A DNA stretch of 64,000 nt from Thermoplasmatota archaeon (GCA_029259055.1 JAPDJP010000015.1:16721-80720), one strand, 5' to 3'; counted from the first letter of the stretch, positions 1-10,356 are shown. The notes: generated from the letters alone by a model not told the origin. A program made the numbers and translations.

Positions 1-1
1 A

Positions 2-412
2 GAAGATGGCATTAAATCCTTATTATATGTGGCAAATGGAGATATGAGGAGAGCAATAAATGCTTTACAAGTAGCTGCAAGTTTATCAAAAAAAATCGAT
101 GCAGAAACAGTATATAAAATGACAGCTGTTGCTAGGCCGGAAGTGGCAAAGGAATTATTAGAAACAGCATTAAAAGGAGATTTCCTTAAAGCGAGGGAAA
201 TACTTGATAGAATGTTTATTGAAGATGGTTTATCTGGAGAAGATATAATTAAGGGATTGCACTCGGCCATTTTTGATGTTTCTCTACCAGAAGAAAAGAA
301 GGCGGAAATCATTGATAAGATGGGAGAAGTAGAATTTAGAATTGTAGAAGGAAGCAATGAGAGAATCCAGCTTGAAGCGCTATTGGCTTTTTTAGCAGCA
401 ATAGGAAAATAA
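2..412 (+). CDS. rfcS: Replication factor C small subunit, C-terminal part (5' end outside window)
   Basis: Frame open from window start; GDMRRAINALQ sensor-2 motif and C-terminal EFRIVEGSNERIQLEALLA typical of RFC-S. Confidence 0.93.
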   Translation, partial: EDGIKSLLYVANGDMRRAINALQVAASLSKKIDAETVYKMTAVARPEVAKELLETALKGDFLKAREILDRMFIEDGLSGEDIIKGLHSAIFDVSLPEEKKAEIIDKMGEVEFRIVEGSNERIQLEALLAFLAAIGK

Positions 413-496
413 CTGAAAAAATAATAGAAATAAGGAAGAAATTGTAAAAGATAACATAACATAATAAAAAATAAATTAGCAAAGAATATCATAATT

Positions 497-1786
497 ATGC
501 TCCGTAGCCATTTCAGCAAAGAAGTTAGCGAAAATGATTATGGAAAGAAAATAAGAATTGCTGGATGGATTGAAGATATTCGTAATTTAGGAGGGATAGC
601 TTTTATAATTTTGAGAGATAGGATGGGGAGAGCACAAATTACAATAATTAAAAGGATGAACCCAGAATTATTTAAAGAAATTGTTTCCTTACCAAGAGAA
701 AGTGTAATATCTGCCTATGGGCTATGCCAAAAAAATGAAAAAGTAATGAATGGATGGGAGCTTTTGCTGGAGGATATGGAAATATTATCAAAAGCTTCTA
801 CCCCACTTCCAATGGGAGTTATAGATAAAGTTAATGTTGATTTTGATACAAGATTAGATAATAGATTTATTGATTTGAGAAGAGAAGAGACAAAAGCAAT
901 ATTTATGATAAGACATTCTTTCATTAAACATGCATCAGATTTTTTAAGAAAAAGAGGGTTTATAGAAGTTCATACTCCTAAAATAACAGCTTCTTCCTCA
1001 GAAGGAGGAACGGAAGTATTTAAATTAGATTACTTTGGGAAAGATGCCTATTTAGTGCAATCCCCCCAACTTTATAAACAAATTTTGATGGCAACTGGAT
1101 TTGATAGGGTATATGAAATAGCATGGTATTTTAGGGCTGAAGAACATGATACTTCCCGCCATTTAAACGAATCCACAGCTATTGATATAGAAATGGCTTT
1201 TATAAGCAATGAAGAAGATGTTATGAAAATAGCTGAGGAAATGACAAATTATACTATCCAGAAAATTTTGGATGAAAATAGCAAAGAATTAGAAATATTG
1301 AATGTAGATATTGATTTACCATCATTACCATATCCCCGCATTAAATATGATGAGGTTGTTGAAATTTTGCAAAGGGAAATTGATTTTAAGTGGGGAGATG
1401 ATTTAGGAACAGATGAGGAAAATTTGCTGGCGAAGCATTTAGAATATGAGCTTTATTTTATAACAAAATTTCCTTTGGAAACCAAACCATTTTATGCTAT
1501 GCCCAATGGCAAATATGCAAGAGCTTTTGATTTAGAATATAAGGGAATGGAGATCGCTTCAGGAGCACAGCGTATCCATGATTATGAAATGCTAGTAAAT
1601 AGAATGGAAAGCTTGGGAATGAATGTTAAAAATTTTGAGGATTATTTAAAGGCATTTAAATACGGAATGCCCCCTCATGGAGGATTTGGATATGGAATAG
1701 AACGATTTTTAATGCGCTTCTTAAATTTGAAAAATATAAGAGAGTGCATTCTATTTCCGAGGGATAGAAAAAGAATAAGACCATAG
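497..1786 (+). CDS. aspS: Aspartyl-tRNA synthetase (archaeal type)
   Basis: OB-fold [20 protein letters not shown], motif 2 [14 protein letters not shown], motif 3 [20 protein letters not shown]. Confidence 0.97.
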   Translation: MLRSHFSKEVSENDYGKKIRIAGWIEDIRNLGGIAFIILRDRMGRAQITIIKRMNPELFKEIVSLPRESVISAYGLCQKNEKVMNGWELLLEDMEILSKASTPLPMGVIDKVNVDFDTRLDNRFIDLRREETKAIFMIRHSFIKHASDFLRKRGFIEVHTPKITASSSEGGTEVFKLDYFGKDAYLVQSPQLYKQILMATGFDRVYEIAWYFRAEEHDTSRHLNESTAIDIEMAFISNEEDVMKIAEEMTNYTIQKILDENSKELEILNVDIDLPSLPYPRIKYDEVVEILQREIDFKWGDDLGTDEENLLAKHLEYELYFITKFPLETKPFYAMPNGKYARAFDLEYKGMEIASGAQRIHDYEMLVNRMESLGMNVKNFEDYLKAFKYGMPPHGGFGYGIERFLMRFLNLKNIRECILFPRDRKRIRP

Positions 1787-1897
1787 TCCCGGCGCCCGGA
1801 TTTGAACCGGGGACATGCGGATATCTGCGGCGGTGGGTTTCTTCCCAATTTAAAAGCAACTACAGTCCGCCGCTCTACCAGTCTGAGCTACGCCGGG
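1787..1897 (-). tRNA. tRNA-Tyr(GUA) with 37-nt intron at 37/38
   Basis: Reverse complement: CCCGGCG-TAGCTCAGACTGGTAGAGC-GGCGGACTGTAG[intron 1859-1823]ATCCGC-ATGTCCCCGGTTCAAATCCGGG-CGCCGGG-A; C1-G72 and A73 are archaeal Tyr identity elements; CCA not encoded. Confidence 0.96.
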
Positions 1898-1958
1898 ACA
1901 ATATGAATATAAAAGAATTTTTTTAAATTTTTTGGCCTTGATAAAGTAGAAAATAACC

Positions 1959-1966
1959 TTTATATA
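1959..1966 (+). promoter_or_regulatory. Probable TATA box of the rpl1-rpl10-rpl12 operon
   Basis: TTTATATA preceded by A-rich BRE-like sequence, about 25 nt before ATG 1991 (leaderless-type spacing). Confidence 0.55.
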
Positions 1967-1990
1967 ATGCATCTTTATTGCCATTTAGCA

Positions 1991-2635
1991 ATGGCATCCA
2001 ATGAAATAATTGAGGCTGTAAAAAAGGCACTTGACGAAAAGAATAATAAAAAGAGGAAGTTCGTTCAATCTGTTGACCTAGTCATAAATCTAAAAGATGT
2101 TGATTTGAATAAGCCAGAAAATAGAATTGATGAAGAAATTGAATTGCCTAAAGGAAGAGGAAAAGAAGCAAAAATAGGAGTTTTTGCAAGCGGGGAATTG
2201 GCTTTTAAAGCGAAAAATGTTGCTGATGTTGTGATAACGCCAGAACAAATAAAAGAGCTGGCTGAAGACAAGAAAAAAGCAAAAAAGTTGGCTGAAAAAT
2301 GCGATTTCTTTGTTGCGGAAGCTCCTCTAATGCCAGTAATAGGAAGAAATTTAGGTAGGATTTTTGCTCCTCGTGGCAAAATGCCTAAGCCCATCCCACC
2401 AGATGCAGATATTGAAGCCATAGTCAATAAATTAAAAAAGAGTATAAGGGTTAGGTCAAAAGATAAGCCCACATTCCATTGTTTGGTAGGGAGAGAGGAT
2501 ATGCCTCCAGAAGATATTGCTGAAAATATTGAAGCAATTTTAGAAAGAATAGAAAGTAAACTTGAAAGAGGCAGAATGAATATAAAATCAGTATATGTTA
2601 AAACAACAATGGGCTCAGCTGTAAGAGTTATTTGA
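1991..2635 (+). CDS. rpl1: 50S ribosomal protein L1 (uL1)
   Basis: RKFVQSVDLVINLKD, APRGKMPKP, VKTTMG; start placed at ATG 1991 downstream of the TATA box rather than 1967. Confidence 0.96.
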   Translation: MASNEIIEAVKKALDEKNNKKRKFVQSVDLVINLKDVDLNKPENRIDEEIELPKGRGKEAKIGVFASGELAFKAKNVADVVITPEQIKELAEDKKKAKKLAEKCDFFVAEAPLMPVIGRNLGRIFAPRGKMPKPIPPDADIEAIVNKLKKSIRVRSKDKPTFHCLVGREDMPPEDIAENIEAILERIESKLERGRMNIKSVYVKTTMGSAVRVI

Positions 2636-2645
2636 AGGTGATTTA

Positions 2646-3470
2646 ATGCCAGCTCAGTGGAAATTAAAAGAAGTGGAGGAATTAAAAAAACTCATTGCTT
2701 CTTATCCTGTAATAGGGATAGTTGGAATAAGAGGAATACCAGCTGCTCAAATGCAAGAAATGAGAGCAAAATTGAGAGGAAAAGCGGTGCTAAGAGTTTC
2801 TAAGAATTCATTAATAGAAAGAGCTTTAGAAAATGGCACTTCAAAATTAAAAGAATACATTGAGGGAGAAGTAGGAATAATAGCAACAAAAACAAATCCT
2901 TTTAAGCTTTATAAAGAATTAGAGAAACTTCGCACAAAAGCCCCAGCTAAAGGAGGAGAAATTGCACCAGAAGATATAGTTGTTAAGAAAGGAGCAACTC
3001 CTTTTAAACCTGGTCCAATTGTTGGAGAGTTGCAAAAAGCTGGTATACCAGCTGCTATCAGAGAGGGAAAAGTAGTTATTGAAAAAGATGTTACGATAGT
3101 TAAAAAAGGAGAGAAAATACCACCTGATGTTGCAAAAATATTAAGCAGACTTGATATAAAACCAATTGAAATTGGATTAAAAGTTCATGCACTTTTTGAA
3201 GATGGCATTGTTTATACTCCTGATGTTCTTGCTGTTAATGTTGAAAAAATAAAGGAAGATATAAAGAATGCTTTCAGCAGAGCATTTACGCTTGCTGTAG
3301 AAATTGCATATCCAACTAAAGAAACAATAGAAATGATTTTGCAGAAAGCACATAGAAATGCTTATATGTTAGCAGTAGAATGTAATATATACACAAAAGA
3401 AACAATAGAAGAATTTATAAGGAAAGCCTATTTACAGGCTAAAGCATTGGAGGAAAAATTGGGAAAGTAA
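2646..3470 (+). CDS. rpl10: 50S ribosomal protein L10 (P0, uL10)
   Basis: QMQEMRAKLRG, VSKNSLI, TNPFKL, APAKGGEIAP, TPFKPGP; SD GAAGGTGA upstream. Confidence 0.96.
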   Translation: MPAQWKLKEVEELKKLIASYPVIGIVGIRGIPAAQMQEMRAKLRGKAVLRVSKNSLIERALENGTSKLKEYIEGEVGIIATKTNPFKLYKELEKLRTKAPAKGGEIAPEDIVVKKGATPFKPGPIVGELQKAGIPAAIREGKVVIEKDVTIVKKGEKIPPDVAKILSRLDIKPIEIGLKVHALFEDGIVYTPDVLAVNVEKIKEDIKNAFSRAFTLAVEIAYPTKETIEMILQKAHRNAYMLAVECNIYTKETIEEFIRKAYLQAKALEEKLGK

Positions 3471-3488
3471 TAATAGGAGGGTGAAAAA

Positions 3489-3809
3489 ATGGAATATGTG
3501 TATGGAGCCATGTTATTGCATGCAGCAGGCAAGGAAATTAACGAAGAAAATTTAAAGAAAGTATTGGAAGCTGCAGGAATAGAAGTAGATGAAGCAAAAA
3601 TAAAAGCATTAACAAGCTCCTTGGAAGAAATAAACATTGATGAAGTGATTTCAAAAGCAACCGCAATGCCTGTAGCGGTAGCGCCAGCAGCGGAAGCAAA
3701 GGCAGAAGAAAAGAAGGAAGAAAAGAAAGAAGAGAAGAAAGAGAAAGAAGAAAAAGAAGAAGTGAGCGAGGAAGAAATAGCAGCGGGACTCGGAGCCCTA
3801 TTCGGCTAA
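3489..3809 (+). CDS. rpl12: 50S ribosomal protein L12 (P1)
   Basis: [11 protein letters not shown] start, Ala/Glu/Lys-rich hinge, AAGLGALFG end; SD GGAGGTGA. Confidence 0.97.
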   Translation: MEYVYGAMLLHAAGKEINEENLKKVLEAAGIEVDEAKIKALTSSLEEINIDEVISKATAMPVAVAPAAEAKAEEKKEEKKEEKKEKEEKEEVSEEEIAAGLGALFG

Positions 3810-3812
3810 GCC

Positions 3813-4301
3813 TCATCCCTTTATCTTTTTATACAAAATTTCTCTTATTTTTTCTCTATTTTTATCTTCAAAACCAAAATATTCATAAAAATAATTTGTT
3901 AGTTCTATCAGTTTTGTTCTACCTTCTCTTTTCACTTTCAAAAATCCTTTTTTTCTTAATTCCTTAATGTGATTATATACTTGGCTACCAATCATTTGTT
4001 TTAAATCAGATTGTTTTATTGGCTGATGGTAAGCTATTATAGCAAGTGTTCTTAATAAAGATTTAGAAATTTCCATTGGTGCGAATTTTTTAACATATTC
4101 AACGTATTCATTTCTTATTTGCATAACATATTTTCCATTTACTTCGACAATTTCAATTGCCGAATTTTCATAATCCTTCATTAATTCCTTAATAGCTTTT
4201 TCAATATCTTCATCCTTAACTTTTAAATCTTTTTTAATTTCTTCCTTGCTCACGGGCTTGCCAGCTGTGAATAATATTGCTTCAATAATTTTCTTAATCA
4301 T
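3813..4301 (-). CDS. scpB: SMC-Scp complex subunit ScpB (kite)
   Basis: IEAILFTAGKPVS, LRTLAIIAYHQPIKQSDL, LTNYFYEYFG. Confidence 0.93.
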   Translation of the reverse strand: MIKKIIEAILFTAGKPVSKEEIKKDLKVKDEDIEKAIKELMKDYENSAIEIVEVNGKYVMQIRNEYVEYVKKFAPMEISKSLLRTLAIIAYHQPIKQSDLKQMIGSQVYNHIKELRKKGFLKVKREGRTKLIELTNYFYEYFGFEDKNREKIREILYKKIKG

Positions 4302-5067
4302 GGTTCAACTTAACATATATTTCTCCAAAAGGAAAATTATCCTGCCATATAGCAATTTTACCTTCTTTTGCAAGGAAAAGCAATGGAAGTAATATAGATA
4401 GCATTTCATCCTTACCATTATATAGTTTTTTAAGAGGAATTGCCTCACCATTTAATTTACTCAGTTTTTCCATTACTCTCTTTATATCATTTTCAATATC
4501 TTCCTTATGGGTATGTTCAACAATATTTCCTGTCCAACTTGCTTTAACTTTCTTTTTCTTTTTGAGTTTTTCCTTAGCTTCTTCAAAAGCATTAATTAAT
4601 TCAACCAAAGTTATTTTTCTGGAGGGCATCCTTCTTATTTTCTTTTCAAATGGTAATTCATTGCCCATAACTTTTATTGTATAATCAAAAGCTTCATCCT
4701 CTCCATACCATTCTGGAATTTCTATCTCTTCCATTTCTTCTTTTCTTTCCATATTTCTTAATATTTCCTCGCTTTGTAATCTTAAAATTTTCCATGCCAT
4801 AAATAATATTTTACCAGCAACAAATAAGTTAATATCTTCCTTTATTTTTTCAAAATAAAGTTTTGAAAATTTAATTAAATCTATCTGACAAGGATCTATT
4901 TCCCTTTCTATAACCAATTCAAAAATTGCTGCAATAGCTCTATCAAATGGATTTTTTATGTAAACTTTATTTTGTATTATATCGATATATTTTTGTATAT
5001 TTTCCTCTCTATAAAGCAAATCTTTGCTTTTTATTATATAGCTTATTATTTCTTCCTTCATTTTCAT
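4294..5067 (-). CDS. scpA: Kleisin ScpA
   Basis: IDPCQIDL, RKITLVELINAFEEA, LLPLLFLAKEGKIAIWQDNFPFGEIY; lies between smc and scpB. Confidence 0.88.
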   Translation of the reverse strand: MKMKEEIISYIIKSKDLLYREENIQKYIDIIQNKVYIKNPFDRAIAAIFELVIEREIDPCQIDLIKFSKLYFEKIKEDINLFVAGKILFMAWKILRLQSEEILRNMERKEEMEEIEIPEWYGEDEAFDYTIKVMGNELPFEKKIRRMPSRKITLVELINAFEEAKEKLKKKKKVKASWTGNIVEHTHKEDIENDIKRVMEKLSKLNGEAIPLKKLYNGKDEMLSILLPLLFLAKEGKIAIWQDNFPFGEIYVKLNHD

Positions 5068-5099
5068 TTTTTACCTTTTTACCTTTTTACCTTTTTACC
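5068..5099. repeat. Four perfect tandem copies of an 8-mer (TTTTTACC; GGTAAAAA on coding strand)
   Basis: Directly visible; fills the smc-scpA intergenic space. Confidence 0.9.
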
Positions 5100-5103
5100 T
5101 CTT

Positions 5104-8100
5104 TCATCTTATTTTATCAACAATTTTTTCAACCTCTTGTAAATTAACATTTCCAATTAATGTTGATATACCTTTATTAATAGTCACCCCATAAATATGA
5201 TGAGCATGTTTTAAGGTAATTCTTCTTAATGAAACCACAATAAACTGAGCTTCTTTCGCCTTTTCAGAAATTACTTTTGCAACTTTTTCCGCATTCTTTT
5301 CATCCAAGAACATGTCTATTTCATCTAATACGTAAAATGGAGAAGGCTCATATGCTTGTAATGCAAAAATAAAGGCTAATGATGCTAAACTTTTTTCTCC
5401 ACCAGATAAAGCATTTAAATGCAAAGCCCTTTTTCCACTAGGTCTTACCTTAATCATTAAACCCCCTTCAAAAGGATTTTCTGGATTTTCCAAAATAAGC
5501 TCGCCCTCTCCATCCGCAAGCTCCTTATATATTTTTTTGAAATTCTCGTTTATACTTTCAAATACCCTATAAAATGTTTCTATTTTCTTCTTCTTTATTT
5601 CTTCTTCAAGCTTAATTAAATTTTTCCTTTGTTCCTTTAGCTTATTATATTCCTCTTCAAACTTCCTCTTTCTTTCATCTTGTTTTTCATATTCTTCTAA
5701 AGCTCTCATATTTACTGGTTCTATCCTCTTAATTTCTTCCTCAATTTCTTTAATTTCCCTCTTTATATCTTCTATAGGCAATAATTCTTCTTCCTTAAAT
5801 TCATGCTTTATATCCATGAGTTCAGCCAAAGAACTTTCTAATGTTGGTAACCTTGCTTTTGCTCTAGATATTAAATGAATAGCTGTTTCAATTTTTGTTG
5901 CAATAGCATCGATTTCTTTTTCAAGTTGTGTTATTTCCTTAAACAATTCATCCCTTTCTGTTGATAAATCCTTGGTTTTTGCCAATAATTTCTTTTCTAT
6001 TTCTTCATACGTTTTTAGCTGGGATAAATTCTCTTTATAATTTTCATCCTCCTTTCTAATCTCCTCCTTTATTTCCTCGATTTTCCTTCTATTGTTCTCA
6101 ATTTTCCCCTTAATTTCTTCTTCTCTTGCCACCACAATTTCATATTCTTTTTGTATTGCTTTTCTTTCCCCTTCTTTTTCTATTTCCTCTTTTCTTAATT
6201 CCTCTATTTCTTTCTTTAATTCTTCTATTTCTCTAACTATTTCTTTTTTAACAATTCTATATAGTTCTTCTTCCTTTATTTTCCTTTGTTTACTCAATTC
6301 TTCAAGCTTCTTATTTCCCATATTTATTTTCCCTTCAATTTCTTCTAAAGATTTTTCAATTTCTTCAATTTCACCCTGTTTTTTTGTTATTTCCTTATTT
6401 ACTGCTTTCAATTTCTTTTCAATTTCTCTTTTTCTTATTTCGAGCTTTTCTATTTTTTCCAAATCAATAAAAGGTAGATTCTGCAATTCTTCTTCTATCT
6501 TCCCGAGAGCATCTTTCATTTCAATTAATCTTCTTGAAAGAATTTCCTGTTCATTACTCAATTTTCTTATCATTTCGTTTATTTCTAATATTCTATTTGC
6601 ATCTCTTACTCCAAAAATTGTTTTCTCGGGCAAGCTACCTCCAGTTATTGCACCAGATGCTTCAATTAACTCTCCTTCCAAAGTAACTAATCTAACACCC
6701 CCCATTAAATTTCTAGCTTTTGTTAAATTTTCAACAACTAATGTATCACCAAAGGCATACCAAAATGCAGCCCTATATCTTTTATCAAATTTAATTAAGT
6801 CTATGGCAAAGCCGATTGCGTCTCTGGCGACAAGTAAAGCTTTTCCCCTCGGCTTACCCATAACAAGCTTATTTAAAGGTAAAAAAGTTGCCCTCCCATA
6901 TCCATTCTTTTTCAAATATTCAATGCACTTAGCAGCAATCTCATCATCATCAACAACAATCGCCTCAAGCCTTTTACCGCCCGCCACCTCTAACGCCTTC
7001 TGATATTTTTCATCTACCTCTCCTAATTCTGCAAGCGTTCCATGTATTCCCTTTATTATTCCTTCATCTCTAAGCCTTAAAATTTCGCGCGTTGCTGGAG
7101 AGAATAGAACAGCTTCTTCCTTAGCTCTAAGCTGGGACAACTCTCTTTGCAAAGAAATAATTTCTTTTTCTATTTCCCTTAATCTCTCAGAAATTTCTGC
7201 TTCTTCCTTCTTTTTTTCAAAAAGTTCTTTTTCAAGCTTTTCCTTCCTTTCCTTCCTTTTTTTCTCTTCCCTTGCTAATTCGTTTATTTCCCATTTGATT
7301 TCTTTTATTTCAAATTCATAGGATTTTTTATTTTCCAAAATTTCATTTATTTGGAGCAATAAATTCTCTTTTTGTTGCATTATTCGATCTTTTTCCAAGC
7401 CAAATTTATGAATTTCTTCCAAAATTTCTTCCTGTTCTTTCTTAATTTTAGCAATTTCCCTACTCAATTCAATAGATTTTTCATCAGATTTTTCTGCCTC
7501 CTCCTTCCTTTTTATTAATTCCTTTTCTTTTGCTATCCTTATTTTCTTTAAATTTTCAAGATCTTTATCGATATTCTTGAGTTTCTTTGCATATTGTCTT
7601 TTTTCTTTTGAAATTTTATTTAATAAACTCTCCAATTCTGTTATTTCTCCTTGCTTTTCTGCAATTTCTTTCTTATAATAATTTATTTTTTCTTTTGATT
7701 TAACAATCTCTTCTTTATAAAAATCAATTTTTTCTTTTAATTCAAAAATTTCTTCTCCTCCCAGCTCAGTTAATTTATCTTCAATCTCTTGAAACTTTAT
7801 TTGTTTTTGTTTGTACAATTCTCTTAGCTCATTTATTCTTCTTTCCTGTTGTTCTTTTTCTCTTTCATAACTCTCTATTTGCTTTTGAACCTCAGCTATT
7901 TCCTTCTCTATTTCTAATTTCTTTTTAAAAGAGAGCATATCTTTTTTTCTTTCCAATTCCTCCAACAACTTCCTATATTTGATTGCTTCGTCCCTCTCTT
8001 TTTTTAGCTGTCTCAACTGCCTCTTTATTTCATCAAGAATTATTTTTATATAGTCCATATTTCTTTCCACTTCTTCTCTTTCCCTTTTAGCCTTTTCTAT

Positions 8101-8628
8101 ATCCTTATCAAAGTCTGCTATACCAGCAATTTCATCTATTATCTTTCTTCTTTGCACATCCCCCATCTCAACAATGGCTGTTACATCACCCTGTTGAACA
8201 ATACAATTTGGAGAAATGTTAGCGGAGGATAGCAATTCAACAAATTCATTTAAAGAAGCCGATTTCCCGTTTATATAAAAATAGCTATAATAGTTATCTG
8301 GGTTATTCGGCAGAGGCGCCATCCTTATTTTTCTCGTAAGTATTATTTCATCGCTATTTATTGGTATTTCTCTTGAAGAATTATCAAAAATTAAGGAAAC
8401 CTTGCAATAATTTGCTTCCTTAGCTCCTTTATAGATTAAATCTGTTAATTTTCCAGCCCTCATCATTTTTGGACTTCTTACTCCAAGAATAAAGAGAATA
8501 GCATCGATAATATTTGATTTGCCGGAGCCATTTGGCCCCGTAATGACGGTAAAGCCAGGAAGAAAGGGTATCCTTATCCTGTTTCCAAATGATTTAAAGT
8601 TTTCAAGTACAATTTCTTTTAAATACAT
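5104..8628 (-). CDS. smc: Chromosome segregation protein SMC
   Basis: Walker A GPNGSGKSN, Q-loop VQQGDV, hinge GRATFLPL/GAITGG, signature LSGGEKS, Walker B LDEID, long coiled coils. Confidence 0.97.
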   Translation of the reverse strand: MYLKEIVLENFKSFGNRIRIPFLPGFTVITGPNGSGKSNIIDAILFILGVRSPKMMRAGKLTDLIYKGAKEANYCKVSLIFDNSSREIPINSDEIILTRKIRMAPLPNNPDNYYSYFYINGKSASLNEFVELLSSANISPNCIVQQGDVTAIVEMGDVQRRKIIDEIAGIADFDKDIEKAKREREEVERNMDYIKIILDEIKRQLRQLKKERDEAIKYRKLLEELERKKDMLSFKKKLEIEKEIAEVQKQIESYEREKEQQERRINELRELYKQKQIKFQEIEDKLTELGGEEIFELKEKIDFYKEEIVKSKEKINYYKKEIAEKQGEITELESLLNKISKEKRQYAKKLKNIDKDLENLKKIRIAKEKELIKRKEEAEKSDEKSIELSREIAKIKKEQEEILEEIHKFGLEKDRIMQQKENLLLQINEILENKKSYEFEIKEIKWEINELAREEKKRKERKEKLEKELFEKKKEEAEISERLREIEKEIISLQRELSQLRAKEEAVLFSPATREILRLRDEGIIKGIHGTLAELGEVDEKYQKALEVAGGKRLEAIVVDDDEIAAKCIEYLKKNGYGRATFLPLNKLVMGKPRGKALLVARDAIGFAIDLIKFDKRYRAAFWYAFGDTLVVENLTKARNLMGGVRLVTLEGELIEASGAITGGSLPEKTIFGVRDANRILEINEMIRKLSNEQEILSRRLIEMKDALGKIEEELQNLPFIDLEKIEKLEIRKREIEKKLKAVNKEITKKQGEIEEIEKSLEEIEGKINMGNKKLEELSKQRKIKEEELYRIVKKEIVREIEELKKEIEELRKEEIEKEGERKAIQKEYEIVVAREEEIKGKIENNRRKIEEIKEEIRKEDENYKENLSQLKTYEEIEKKLLAKTKDLSTERDELFKEITQLEKEIDAIATKIETAIHLISRAKARLPTLESSLAELMDIKHEFKEEELLPIEDIKREIKEIEEEIKRIEPVNMRALEEYEKQDERKRKFEEEYNKLKEQRKNLIKLEEEIKKKKIETFYRVFESINENFKKIYKELADGEGELILENPENPFEGGLMIKVRPSGKRALHLNALSGGEKSLASLAFIFALQAYEPSPFYVLDEIDMFLDEKNAEKVAKVISEKAKEAQFIVVSLRRITLKHAHHIYGVTINKGISTLIGNVNLQEVEKIVDKIR

Positions 8629-8685
8629 CCCATCCCTTAAATTTAATGATGTTTAGTATATAAGATTAATGATTTTATTTTTGAT

Positions 8686-10263
8686 TTATTTTTGATTCTT
8701 ACGTTGCCCTATCGCCAAAATACCTGAAATTATTAATAAAATAGATGAAAGTAATAAAAACAGGCTTCCCAGCCCAATTCCCCATTTTAAATGAACTTCC
8801 CCCAATTTTTCCAAATATAAAATCTTTTCCCCCATCAATGGATTTGTAGAAATAGCATTTATTATTTCCTCCGCCTCTCCTTTTATTGATAATTCCTTTA
8901 TCTGATAAGTAAAGAATTTAATAAAAGAAATTGCAATAATTATTAAAATAACAGGAAGCAAAAATTTAATACCTCTCCAAATATATTTTATTCCCGCTTT
9001 TTTACCTTTTATTCCTATCGTTCCTAATATGAAAAATAGAATAGCAGAGCCAATTATTACAGAAAATGGAATAGGTAATGCACCAATTTGAATCATTCCA
9101 CTATTTTTTTCAAAAAGATTAACCTGCAATCCATTTAAGCCATCAATAGAAACAATTTTAACAAATCCAGGAGTTTGGTAATCTCCTGTTGGTATATTTA
9201 CAAAAACATTATACCAAGGATAAAAAAGAGATAATATAGCAAATATTATTCCAGAAATAGCAAGTATGTTTCCTTTATTTTCCTTTATGTTAAAGACAAA
9301 GGGTATAAACTTAAATCCTCTTTTCCTCGATTTCCCATAGATAGAAAATAAAATTATTGCCAATCCTATCGCAACCGCTATTATATAAATTTTTGTAAAA
9401 TGATACAAAAACCATTCAAAATATAAAATATTCTTATTTAAAGCGGGTAAATCAAAACCCCATTCTCCATTCCACATTCTTCCTTCTTCCCTGTAAAGAG
9501 GGCCAAAAGGACCTCTTTTTCCTCTTATGTCATCCTCTGCTCCTCCAAACTCACCCCATCTTCCTCCATAATATAACCAGCTTTCATTTTTTAAGACAAC
9601 AAGTTTATACTCATTTGGATATAGAATCTTTCCGTTTTTACCAACTATATCATTTGCCAATCCTATTTTTCCTTGGTAATACCTAAAATAATTTGCATGA
9701 CTTCCCCTTGCAACATATACTTTTATATGTTCCCCTTCTTTTTCTACAAGTTTCCAACTTGCTCTTTGCCCGCTTATATGCTGGCTATACATTACTTCTA
9801 TTGGTTCCTTATTTTCGTTCAAAACAATTTGCACCATTTCCCAGTCTCCTTCATGAGTATTTAAATAACCTTTATTAAATGCATAAAAGAACCAATATTG
9901 CACAAAATAAAGATTGTTTTTGCTGAATACATGACAATATACAGTATAATTAAGCTTGCTATTTTTATAATCCTCTATTATTCTATCATCATATATTGTT
10001 CCCTTTACATTGTCCAAATAATAGTCTGCATCTTTATATTCACCTATTTCTTCTGGAGAAGGACTTGCTTTTATAAATATGCTTTCATTGTCAATACTCC
10101 TATTAAGATTTGAATTTAATAAATGATATTCGATCGAAACTGGGTAAAGCTCCTCCCCTTTTTCAAAATATAAGATAGGAGCAAATCTCTCCGCTATTTC
10201 CTCAGATTTTGAAAAATTAGCGACAAAAATTAAAAGCAGAGCTAACAATATCGCCTTTTTCAT
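8686..10263 (-). CDS. Secreted Vps62/NPP1-like domain plus about 5-6 C-terminal TM helices
   Basis: Signal peptide; FAPILYF..E..YP, QYWFFYAFN, HEGDWE, VYVARGSHANY, WL.YGGRWG..GP.GP motifs. Confidence 0.7.
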   Translation of the reverse strand: MKKAILLALLLIFVANFSKSEEIAERFAPILYFEKGEELYPVSIEYHLLNSNLNRSIDNESIFIKASPSPEEIGEYKDADYYLDNVKGTIYDDRIIEDYKNSKLNYTVYCHVFSKNNLYFVQYWFFYAFNKGYLNTHEGDWEMVQIVLNENKEPIEVMYSQHISGQRASWKLVEKEGEHIKVYVARGSHANYFRYYQGKIGLANDIVGKNGKILYPNEYKLVVLKNESWLYYGGRWGEFGGAEDDIRGKRGPFGPLYREEGRMWNGEWGFDLPALNKNILYFEWFLYHFTKIYIIAVAIGLAIILFSIYGKSRKRGFKFIPFVFNIKENKGNILAISGIIFAILSLFYPWYNVFVNIPTGDYQTPGFVKIVSIDGLNGLQVNLFEKNSGMIQIGALPIPFSVIIGSAILFFILGTIGIKGKKAGIKYIWRGIKFLLPVILIIIAISFIKFFTYQIKELSIKGEAEEIINAISTNPLMGEKILYLEKLGEVHLKWGIGLGSLFLLLSSILLIISGILAIGQRKNQK

Positions 10264-10356
10264 TACCCTTATTAAAAAAGGTGTATAAAAAGATTGGTGA
10301 GGAATATAAAGTAAAGATAAAAAGATAAATATTTTATATGCTCATAAATTAAAGAT

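Noticed and set aside
1656-1859. 67-aa minus-strand ORF
   Set aside because: Overlaps the tRNA-Tyr gene and aspS; spurious
2010-2070. Methanococcus-type L1 autoregulatory site inside rpl1
   Set aside because: The operon lacks L11 as in Methanococcus, but the required paired stems and loop consensus are not evident
3700-3780. GAA/AAG-rich low-complexity run
   Set aside because: Normal Glu/Lys hinge of ribosomal P1
6092-7003. 303-aa + strand ORF
   Set aside because: Antisense shadow of the Glu/Lys-rich SMC coiled coil (Ser/Phe/Leu/Ile-rich); the same applies to most short antisense ORFs in the track
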